Assembly (NCBI GenBank): GCA_043228905.1
Contig: JBHGNT010000017.1
Location: 1,302,001-1,366,000 of the forward strand
Length of the DNA stretch: 64,000 nt
Source: Azolla caroliniana
Taxonomy: Eukaryota > Plantae > Polypodiophyta
Direction of reading: 5' to 3'
Part shown: piece after piece, positions 26,579 to 37,868 of the stretch
Numbering within the stretch: the first letter of the stretch is position 1
Layout: every line of letters starts with the position of its first letter
Made by a program: the position numbers and the translations under genes
The notes under the pieces: model-generated
What the model saw: only the letters and a program-made list of their open reading frames with translations
What the model was told of the DNA's origin: nothing
The model's database searches: none

Positions 26579-28488
26579 CAGTTCAGTTGGGCAAAATGTA
26601 CGAACAAGAACCAGCAAATTTGGAGAATGGTGGATTCACATATTGGTTGTGGGACATGCCAGGACTGGCAAGGCAGCATCTGCTGCTGCCTGTGCACATT
26701 TGTAACCAGCAAAAGCAAGAATATCTCCTCCATGGAACCGGACTTGACGAGGAGGCAGGATTCAAATCCGATCAACATAAACATAAACATAACAAATTAC
26801 AATAATAATAACTTTGTATTACATAGACAGTTAAACGACCAACAGTATGGCGACAGAGGCAAGAACATATCCCCTTCCTCAACCGTAAACATCTATCTCT
26901 ACCACACTTTCCATTGAATTAATTTTAGTTCATTTTGTTTGGACACAACACACAGCATTGCTATTCGAAAATCATCTTTGAGCTTTCCAAACATGAAGGT
27001 ATAATAAAAACACATTTCCAATTCTCAATTCAGGAGTACATTCGTAAAATGAAAGACGGTGAATGCATCACATTCTGTTGTGAATGCAATGTCTTGCTTT
27101 AAAGTTTAGATAGTAAACAATAATTCATGAGTTATGAGTTTTAGACAAAGGCTTTTACCACAATAGGGTAGAACGTTATCAGCTTAAAGGTGCCAAGACG
27201 CAAAGATTGCTAGAATTAGTAACAAGAACAAGCCCCTCCTTCCTATCACAAACCAATTAGAATCCAAACCTAACTAACGAGAACTTCGACATGAGTCCTT
27301 AGGATATACGCTTGCAAACAGAAATAAGTTCAAGTTGTTTTCTCAACACAAAAACTCCAAACTAGTTTGTAACTCTACAATTACATTAGAGACAATTTGC
27401 TAATTATGCTTATAAACTTATATTATCTCAATGTCCAATCTTCTTGAAGAAGCCAACTAAACAAGTTAGATGGCCAACAATGTGAAGCCACACATCATAT
27501 ATAAGCCTCTTGGCAATGAAACAGAATATATAAACCAATAAATCAACCAAGTCCTGTCCATAACTTTGATCAAATCACAAAATACTCAAAGGTTTAGCTT
27601 CCAAGAATCAATGACTGATTGTAAACATAGCTTTGTAATAATGTTTTCCACAGTAAATAAATCTTTATTGCGTGTAAATCAAAATAAAACATGAAAGCAA
27701 ATTGAGAAGCCTTTGAAAGAGTCAAGAACAAACCCTGAAAATAGAGAAAAAGCAAGACCCTACAATAATTGTATAAACACGGGTAGCTTTTCCTTCATCA
27801 TGGAAGAATATTTAAAAAAATGTATAACATAGAAATATAGAGGACATGAAGTGTGTGATTGTGAGTAAGAAAGATATTGCAATAACACAACAGTGGAAGG
27901 GTTTATACTGGAGCCCAATCAATATCAAGAAAAACATTATCTTAAGAATACAACAATTCATGCTTCCACTTCTTCAATCTGTGATGTTACTATTCTCTTG
28001 ATCGGATTCTATTTTCACAATGGTGGTGATAAGGGCAGTATCGGATTGAGAGATTATGAAATTTGAAAATCAGATTTGGTGACAACCTTGAAAACTTAAA
28101 AGACATGTCCAAATTAATGCTTGTTTGTAATTGAGGCAGTTAATTGTTTTAATCTTTTTAACACTTGTCAAAATTAAAACAGAAAGCAATAAGTATCAAT
28201 ATGTTGCAAATATGTACGATAAATTACAAGAACAAAAATGTAAAATACGAGTACATAAATCACACAATGCAAAGAATACTAATGCCAATGTACAAGAGGT
28301 CCTCAAAAGTGGAGGCCAAAAGTATCTCCGTGTGTTGTACACTTACTCAACTGCTCAATCTCAAAATTATGAGTCCATCCTTGTCGCTTTAACATTATAA
28401 TTGCAGAACTTTCAAACAAGGTGGCATCCAATGCCATGTTCATATTTTTTGCAACCATACCACACCATATCATTTCAAGGAATTCATT

Positions 28489-29067
28489 TCATTCAACCAA
28501 GCCAACCTCAGCTTTAATGCTTACAGAAAAGGTGCCATCGATGCTGCACAGACCTTTCAACGATATTTTCGTTTTGGTGTCCCCTGAAAGAAAGAGATGA
28601 AGAGAGATATTTAAAAAGGTATATGTGACCAAATGTTGATGTGCCAAATCAAAATGCACTTCAGGGGGATGCACATGAGAAAACATTAGCAAAAAAAACT
28701 ACGTTTTCAACAGTAACGTTAATAATTCTGAAGCAGGTAATCACAATCCAATGAATCAAAAAAGAACTGTTCCTTTACAATAAAAATGTGTGTGAATGAG
28801 AGTAAGAGAGAGACCTTTTCCTCTTTCATGTATCCAGCTCAATCCAGCTTGACAATTCTGGTGGTCAGATGTGGTGCATGCTGCAGATAATTTACTCTCT
28901 TCATTTAATTCATGAACTGCCTGCTCATCATACACACTACACAAAGTTCAAATTTTGGCATTCAGCAATGTGTGATACAAAAGGGAAATTAGAATTAGCA
29001 ATAGAAATTTTTAACCACAAAGAGGCCAATCTTGACCATGGCCCATGGGTGGAGAGAGAAAGAGAGA

Positions 29068-29129
<62 letters not shown>

Positions 29130-32100
29130 TATAGATATATGCTATTAATGTCAATGGCACCGGACACAATCTACAAGATGGAGCCCATGCCTGGGATCAA
29201 ACTTGGGTTCTCGTAACTTTATGAAAGAGAAAGAAAGAGAGGGACCAGCCCAGTCAGTTGTGGCTCAGTTGGCAAGGTTGTCCAGCAGAGACCAGAAGGT
29301 CATGTGTTCAAACCTACATTCCAGAGTGGAATCTAGCAAAGTAGTGGATATAGGAAGATTTGAACTGGGCGAAGGATTTAGAATAAACTTGCTTTACAGC
29401 TAGGATATGGACCGAGTAAGAAAAGGATATCCTCTACATACCTGCAAGAAAAGACGTTTACCCGCATAATTATCCTTACTATAACGGGTAAAAAGGGACC
29501 ATGTTTTGCTCAACCTGTTTGAATAGCAGCAACAACGAAAACATCAATATCGCTTACAAAGATGGCTAATTTGAACAACCTACCATTAGAAAAACCAAGA
29601 TGAAACACAGCCTTCATTAACACATGTACATGATTGATTTACACGAAAAGGTTCACAAAGAATCAAAGATCCAGAAAAACATTCACCATTAATCCTTTAT
29701 GACCTTGAGATGTGTTCATATATAATATCTCCTCCTAATGATTGATTATACATCATTTTCGATGTGCTACCATTGTCTTCACACAAAACAACGCATGTGA
29801 AGGCCAATCTTTCTCCCCTTTATATAAGCGAACATATACTAGACAAAATTCAACCCCAAAAAGTTGATTGTATGCAAGAAGTTGAGATTGACTTTTCCAT
29901 TACTATGGAAAATTTGGGAAAATTTTATAGACTGTTTATGAAGAGGATATATATAAAGGACACCATGACCAACATACATGCAAGAGACCCCCCATTAGGC
30001 CAAGTTGCAACCATTATAATTGTGTGATATTTAGAGCAATGAAAAAATAAAACAAATACATAAAGCTACGAAAGATAGCTATTTAATTGCTCAGAATCCA
30101 GTTAAATATGACATGTGAGATCAGCACTACACATCGATTTGTCAAAAAACATATTAAACATTGAGGCGTATAATATTTATTCAAGACCACTGTCTTTACA
30201 TCTTGATAAAATGGATAGCACGAAAATTCAAAGTACCCAGATAAATTGTGGACTTCAGCATTAGAGACTTTATTGTTGTTTTAATTGCAGTTTTGAACTT
30301 CTCAAAAAGACATACACATCATTGGAGATTTATTTATTCTTTTCAAGATGAGAACCATAACACTGCTGGATTTAGCATTAGCTTTTCTGAAGGCAACAAA
30401 CCTGTGAGAAGATGCTACACCCAATGCTAGCTGAGACTGAAAATCATGAGAGAGAGCACAAGAAACAGTATTTTTATCCTCCTTGGTCCTAATCCATCAT
30501 ATCAAAGAAATCAGTACATTAGGGGTAAAATATAAGATAAACAATGTAATTTTTACGTCGAATGAAATAAAAGATTTGAATGTGTTACCCTAACATGTTC
30601 TCCAATGTTACCCTGCTTCTTTGATGAAGATCGGTCATAATACTCAGTGAAATCTTTGCGTTTTCACACGGGTTTCTCTTAACGAGTAGACATGGAGAAA
30701 GAATGACTTTTGAAATCCTCAGACTCAATTGATCCAAGTGGACTTTATTGCCATGGAGTCCCGTCTCAGCGACCGTTCCCAATCCTAACTGCAAGGTTAG
30801 AAAGGCATCTTGATACATCAAATTCCATTGAGGAGGAAAGTTGTGTGTGAGAGAGAAAAGTGTATGCAGGGATTGGACTATATTGACAATGTGCAATCAA
30901 AGGTGGAGAAATATCTAGTGACCAACTGATTCAAGACAAAATATGTATAATTAGTCTCCTAGAGAGAGAGAGGGAGAGAGAGTAGCTGGGTTTACCTAAA
31001 ATGTTAGAATGTCGTTAACATGTCATCCATCTACTATGCCCACACTTTGATAGTGTGACTTGTACGAGGTCTCAAATAACAAAGCCATTAAAAATTTCTA
31101 AAGGACCTTTCTTCTTGAGACGACACTCTGTGAGCATGAGTGTTGTATATCAACAAAAGTGATTGAGAAAAATGTTTCTTCACTTCTTAGCTCTCTATTG
31201 TACATAGGCATTGCTAACATGGGTATCATAATCTGGAAAGAAACAAAGGCATGAAAAAAAATTGGTACTTTGAAAAAAATCTGAAAGCTAATCTAATCCT
31301 AATGGTCACATGACAGTAGTCTTTCACTGAGGAAGAGAACCCACTTCCCTGTTAGCCAGTTATAATCACAACATCTATGTGTTGCAAAAAAATTATGAAT
31401 ATGCATGGGATTGCATCATAAGTGGTACAATTAACAAATCTCACCATGTACCACAATTACATCACAGCATATGTTTTCAAGAACAGGACAACATACATTG
31501 TAAAATGCAGTACGACATAGGCTGAAAAAATATTCTTAGTATATGCTGGCAGAGTAAAAAATGCAGCTCTATAGGTCAGAAAACATATTAAGAAAATGCA
31601 GAAGTGCAGCGCAGAGCTAAGAAAGCGGTGAAAACATTAAAGAAACAGAATAAAAGCAGTAGAAAAATAAATTCATTGACAGAATGTGATTGAGAAGAAT
31701 AAACAGAAATTAATAGAAGCTGGAGAGAGAGAGAGAGAAAGAAAGAAAGAAAGATATATTAACTGCCTTCTAAGGCCAAAATTGGCACATGAGACAATTG
31801 GTGTACAACAAAATGGAGTAATTTATCCAATCACCAAAACTAATAAAATAAAATTTACGAATTAAAAAGATTAAATTGTTAAATAAATAAATAAATCATT
31901 TACAAGAAGGAGAAATCACTCACAGAATGTGTGCCGGAGAGGTGAAATCCGGAGGGAAGGGGAGAGGCCTCTGAGAAGAGGGCGAAAGGTGATTTGCTCT
32001 GATGCTTCTGTAGATATGTGGCAGGAAAGGCAGGTAGGGGGAGGGGAGGGGGAGGGGAGAGAGAGGCATAGGTAGGAGAAAGAAGACGGCGGAGATGAGA

Positions 32101-32250
32101 AGGAGAAGGAGAAAGAGAAGGAGGAGAAGGGATCAAGAGACCTGCACGAATGGCAAGCCCTCGAAATCCCCTGTTCTCCGGCTGCATTCCTGGGGGAGAA
32201 GGCAAAGCAAAGATCTGCTTCTGCTGCTATGCAGAGATACATTCAATCCA
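28489..32250 (-). other. Putative spliced transcription unit of unknown function (small protein or lncRNA); candidate exons about 32250-31925, 30788-30590, 30435-30401, 28920-28815, 28583-28489
   Basis: GC/pyrimidine-rich first segment ending TCT|GTGAGT, plus several internal segments bounded by YAG and GT. No recognisable domain. Confidence 0.4.
29255..29420 (+). mobile_element. tRNA-derived SINE-like element
   Basis: A-box-like TGGCTCAGTTGG and B-box-like GTTCAAACC with no intact cloverleaf. A homologous copy lies on the minus strand at about 43370-43450. Confidence 0.65.
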
Positions 32251-32316
32251 TGCTTCATATACATACATACATACATACCTCCTACATCTATAGCTATGGC
32301 AATGGCTAATAGCTAT

Positions 32317-32648
32317 TAGGAATCGGCAACTGCTCGGCTCGAGCCTAAACCGTTTATCTAAACCCGTTTAAAAACAGCTTAGCGGCTCGGTTTAGGCTTT
32401 AGCCTACCTAAACGGTTTGAGATCGGCTCGTCTCGGCGCGGCTTCAGCCTTTGACCTAGGACCTAGGACCGCGGTAGTGGTGTTTTTTGGGTTTCTTCAT
32501 ACCTCTAAAGCGTTTTTGTCCCAAACCGTTTTAGGGATCGGTTTGGTTTGGTTCGGATTTGAGAACCCCAAAACGGTTTTGGCTTAACCGGTTTGGCCTT
32601 ATCCAAGCCAAACCGGCTAAGCCTAAACCGAACCGTTGTGGATTCCTA
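32317..32648. mobile_element. MITE-like element (AACCG-rich, hAT-type) at the edge of a roughly 105-bp tandem array (about 32650-32910)
   Basis: Terminal inverted repeats TAGGAATCGGCAAC ... GTTGTGGATTCCTA with many internal AACCG/CGGTT motifs. No clean target-site duplication. Confidence 0.65.
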
Positions 32649-34957
32649 TGCATTATGCATACATACATGGTATATCATTCATGGCTAATACAACCTATGC
32701 TTCTTATACCTCGTACATCTATAGCTATAACTCGCTATATGCATTATGTACATATGCATACATGGTGATGGCATCATTCATGGCTAAGACAAGCTATGCT
32801 TCTTATACCTACAAGGCTACATCTTTAGCTATAGCTAGCTATGTGCATATGCATATGCATACATGGTGATAGGTGTCATTTGTGGCTAATACAAGCCAAG
32901 CTTCTTATACATGTATGCCTATGGTTAATTATGAATGTGTTGTCCCTTAAGGAGGGGAGGGGATATTGCTTGTTATACACCTTCCTTATATGTACATGTG
33001 GGCCCCCCTTGTGTGTCTCTGCCTTGTCCACTCATGGTCTCGTATGTATGTTGCCCATTCAGTATTTGATCAACTCACGATTGTGAAAGTAAATGAGAGT
33101 GAGGTCATATCCCCAAACTCATGATGCTAATTAATAACCCATCTTAAGTAAAAGGGCGGCACAACTGTGGCACGATTGTTTTACTATGATCGATCCATGT
33201 TCCTTCAAAGTATTCTCGTTTTGCACCTCCTTGTGCATCCTATGTGGGGGGTGGAGAGTTTTCTACTAGTTATGCATGGTTCTTACTTTTGTAGTCGTAG
33301 ATCGATGGTTCAAGTTCCACCCATGTTTCTTGCAAATGGCAATCATCTCCCTCCCACTTCGTGCAAAGAAGAAAGTGGGTTGAAACAAATACAAGATATG
33401 CAATCTTGAATATTGAAAAATATATATGTATTATTGAGAATGTTTATTATATCTATTGATACGCACAAGAGATATTTGGAAGATAGTTGTGATTTGCTAA
33501 AAATTGTTTGCAAGGTCGTGTTCAAAAAGGGAAGACATCCCCGTCAAAGGGGTGTTATGTCCCCTCACTAAACATTCACAATGACATAGTTCAACAAAAG
33601 AGACGATCTCCATTCAAAGGTTTACAACAGTTTCACCAAAAGTTGATAATCCACGTGTTAAGGTCAATGAGCATTGATGCAAGTCAAATGACTTGACTTG
33701 TTCAACATGTGGGAATTTGTTTGCCACCACCCCCTATTTTTTGCTACGAGGTTTTAAGTATTACATTAGATATCAATAGCCTTTATTCAGATTGTAAGGT
33801 CATTTTGTGCATGTAGCTCAAAATGCATAATTTCAAATCGATAATAGTTTGATGCTCTCAAAATCAATACTTATCCTCGTTCTTCCCACAAATTGATATT
33901 CCTTCGAGTCACTTTTCATTGCATACAATTCTTGAGAATTGTTGTGAGTGGCTCCAAACACAAATCGTACAATATCTAGTTAGAAAGACAAAAGATATTG
34001 GAAATCATGATTAGAATTACCTACTATTCAAGAGCTTAATCAAGACTATTTGTTTGAATCATTATCATATGCATAACATTCTCAAAGCCCATCCATCACA
34101 CAAGGGAAAGGCATCACAAAACGTGCGCGTTTAATATGGTAGAGATAATTAAAATACAATACATATTTGGGTCTACAAACCTATCCCATTCAAAGCTCTC
34201 AATCACTACAAGGACAATTGAAACTCGCCAACTCGTGTATTGGATAGATGCAAGGTCAATTACTTGCTTACATGGGAATTTTTGGCAATTATGTCAGGCA
34301 AAAGGGAAATTTGGGCGAGCAATAAAAAATAAAAGGCGGGTAGATATGTTTTTAGCATCCAAAGCGATAAATAAGAGAAGGCAGATCGATATACTTTTAG
34401 CATCCACGGGTATTGGATGCGATATAACGGACAAGGGGTTGGTTGGTTGTGGGCGAGGAGATGAAAGGAAAAGGGTAGTTTTGTGCAAACACTGCTTCAT
34501 GTGTAAATGTCTCCATCGATACAAGTTCCCGAGTGTGCGTGTCTCCCATTGTGGTGGAAACACACAATTAGAATTAATAAACTTGTGTAGAAAGCATTAC
34601 AATGGGCACCACAATTAAGTGTGGTGCCACCCACTATACATTATGTATAAATAAATGACTTGTAAAAAATGCTTCAGAACAAAAATCCATTGTAGGGCAA
34701 CAATTATGTGAAGAAGAAAGAAGAAGATTAGATTTGTCTTAGAAAAGAGCTTAACGAGAGACCACACATGTAATTCATTTACAACGAAAACAGAAACAGA
34801 AACAGAGAGAGACGGAGAGAAGCTTTGGAAGTCAATTATATATGTACATACATACATATACACAAGTCAGAGAGCAACACAGAAACAGAGCGAGAACAGA
34901 GCGAGTGAAAAGAGAAAGCGCAGAGGGAGTGGGTGAGTGGGTGAGTGAGAGAGTGAG

Positions 34958-35141
34958 ATGGGTTCGACTCAACAGATCGCCAAGCGCATACCCAGTATCA
35001 AGTTCCCTGTTCGCCATCCGTTGACACAAGGTAAGATCCCAGTAGATCATCCACTCGTTTCGTTATATGCATACATAGTAAGGGAAACAAATGAAAGGTC
35101 TTGGTTGTTTTTCATACGCACTGAGGAAAGAAAAAGGATAA

Positions 35142-35180
<39 letters not shown>

Positions 35181-37868
35181 CATATATACAGACATATTTT
35201 GCCCGTTTTTCATAATGCCTTATTCTACTACTGGTACTTTATCTCAAAATGCAGTGGAAAACACAGTGTTTAATTGTTAGATTAGAAACATTCTCAAAAG
35301 ATTTGACCACTGATGTGGTGAGAAACATAGCAAATATGCGCTTTCACATAGAAACATAAGACATATTTTGCCTGTTTTTCATAATGTCTTATTCTACTAG
35401 TGGTGCTTTTATCTCAAAATGCAGAGAAAAAAAAACAGTGTTTACTTGTTAGATTAGAAACATTCTCAAAAGATTTGACCACTGATGTGGTGACAAAGCA
35501 CTTGCGCATATAAACATAATGCGTACGTGAATTTGCATGCTCATACACAAACACACACACACACGCACACACACACACACTCATATATATATATACAAAA
35601 GAGCTATCCGCAGGTCAGAAATTGGAAAGCAATGGCACCTCAGTAGCACCTCCTCCTCTACATGTTTCTGATGTGCCACCGCCACCTCAACATCAGGGCT
35701 CCGGTGGAAGTGCTTCTCTTCAGCCGCGCCGTACCCCTGTTACCGACCGGGAGATCGAAGCTATTCTGGTAAGCAAGAAGAACTAAAAAACATTATTGTA
35801 AGGGTAATATAAAGAATACTTCATATCATGTCAGCCATTATGAAGCATACCTTTGGAATTCAAAAAAAGAAAACTCGTTTTTGGGTGTAAAATAAAAATT
35901 TACCCCTCGAATGTGGGCTACTATATGGGCCAATTCCAATACTACCATTGGCATTATCAAGAAAATACCAATTGTACCGTTGGTCAAATCTGTAGATTTA
36001 CTTTTATTGAATTTTCCCTATGAGCTTTCCCGTAATAAAATGATCTGACTTCTTGACCAAGGGTAGTGTTGATATTTCCGAAAATACCACAGGCTAGTTG
36101 AGTTCAGCCCAAATATGGGGACATTTTTGATATTACAGCCTCCTTTTTTATTGCCGTTTTTTTCTTAGAGCCAGGGAAAATGTTGCTGTTTTTCAAAAAA
36201 GCTTAGACTGGGAAAGTAAGATATGTAAATCAGAAATGTGCCTTAAGAAATACATTAGGGTTAATAACAGAGTGAAAGAATAAATCAGAAATCATGACAT
36301 GGTAGAGGACAAGAGTGAAACATACAAATCATTGCGTGAATATACTCATAACAAGAAATTAGAGAATTTTTAGAGAAAATAGCTACACCGCCTTATGAGG
36401 CTTGCCGTTGGGGAGGGATAAAGACAAGCTAGAGTTGATCTATCATTTTGGAAAGACTGTTGGAGGTGTAGTACATGAAGCTTTGAAACTAGGAGTTGTA
36501 TTATGAAGAAAAAATAACTACATTGCCTTGTGGACCTTGCCATTGGAGAGGCTGAAAAACAAGCTAAAACCAATTTATTGTTTTTGAAAACCTGTTTTAA
36601 GGCATAGTGCGTGAAGCTTTGAAACTAGGAGTAGTAATATTTATTCCAATCAATCTCCCTTACGAAGGTTGCATTATATGTATTGTTTTTCTCCATATTT
36701 ATGGCTTATTACCTGTATTTTTTCTCTGCCAATTCATTTCTCTTACTAATTAGGTATGAAAGCTCAATTCACTGTTATATTTGCAAATTATTAGAGACAT
36801 TGTCTCGTTTCTTTATTCAATCACAACACTTGATGCTCAAGATGTTTGTGGCCATTTTGTTTAAGATGAATGGATTTTACAATTTCTTCAAACAAGATAT
36901 TTAGCTATATTTTTTTTTATGTATGAGTTTGGGTTTCTCCTTTAATTTTCGAACCAATAGGACCTTTTTGGGGTCAGTAAATACTCAATGGGGTTTCTTC
37001 CTATTAAAGCGAAGAGAATTATACATGTTTTATTCCATCTAATGTAAGGGACAAAAGCACGGCTACATTTTCTTGGTTGATATGAGCTTTATGTTTTAGC
37101 CAATCAGATATGAAGAACAAGATTTCTTCAAGACAATCCCACCCCTCGAATGTTGTTTGGTGCTTTGGCTTGGGTTATTAAATAAGTACATTGTAACTCA
37201 TTTCTCTCCCCGCCTCTCCCTGCAAACCAAATGCATATGCAGACTACACTAGTTCACAGTATTACAAACAATATATACTATTGTCGATGGTACAATTAAC
37301 AATCGGCAATGGTTCGGTTCGGTTTGAGTCAAAATCGAACTGTTTAAAATTTTTGAAACCTGACCGAACTGAATCGAACCAATTAAATAAATTTCAAACG
37401 GTTAAACCATTAAACTATTAAAACTACGGTTTCGGTTTTCAACTTAGGTCAAAATTCAAATTTAAAATATTTTATTATTTTAAATTTTTGAAATGTTAAA
37501 GATTTTCCTAAAATGTGAGAATAAGGCTTGAAAATGAAAAGATTGTTCAAAAACAATTTATTAAAATTTAATTAAAAAAATAACTGAAACCGTTAAAATC
37601 ACGGTTTTTAATTGTTGAAATCGAATTGAACCGTTTAAAAAAACTTGAACCGAACCATTGAAATCGTTAAGGTTGTGGTTTCGTAGTTTAGTTCGGTTCG
37701 GTTTCAACCAAACCGTTGCTGATTGTTAGGTACAATATTATATGCACAACATATTTATGTTATATTTATATTTTTTTTCTTGTAGATTTTCATTTTTAGC
37801 TTCCTTTTTTTTCAAGAGATACGATCCTAATGGATTGATTTTTTGTGTAGCTTGGTGGCAATGTTTGA
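34958..37868 (+). CDS. Small (81 aa) KGD4/MRPS36-like mitochondrial protein; exons 34958-35030, 35614-35768, 37851-37868
   Basis: Spliced product MGSTQQIAKRIPSIKFPVRHPLTQGQKLESNGTSVAPPPLHVSDVPPPPQHQGSGGSASLQPRRTPVTDREIEAILLGGNV*. Junctions are canonical and in phase. The RIPxIKF start and EIEAIxxGG end match the KGD4/MRPS36 pattern. Confidence 0.8.
35188..35495. repeat. Tandem duplication, about 2 x 170 bp, in intron 1 of the KGD4-like gene
   Basis: agacatattttgcc...ttatctcaaaatgcag...ttagattagaaacattctcaaaagatttgaccactgatgtggtga occurs twice. Confidence 0.85.
37297..37728. mobile_element. Non-autonomous hAT-type MITE (432 bp) in intron 2 of the KGD4-like gene
   Basis: Terminal inverted repeats TAACAATCGGCAA ... 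TTGCTGATTGTTA, perfect 8-bp target-site duplication GGTACAAT (37289-37296 and 37729-37736), AACCG-rich subterminal repeats. Confidence 0.85.

Noticed and set aside
30445-30462. GAGAGAGAGCAC resembling miR529/miR535
   Set aside because: Only a partial match, and no complementary star arm is visible nearby.
34136-34618. 160-aa ORF upstream of the KGD4-like gene
   Set aside because: No recognisable domain or splice structure. Probably part of decayed repeat sequence.
35885-36140. Degenerate fold-back in the KGD4-like intron, and similar repeats at about 17420-17850
   Set aside because: Probably old MITE remnants, but the termini and TSDs are too eroded to call.
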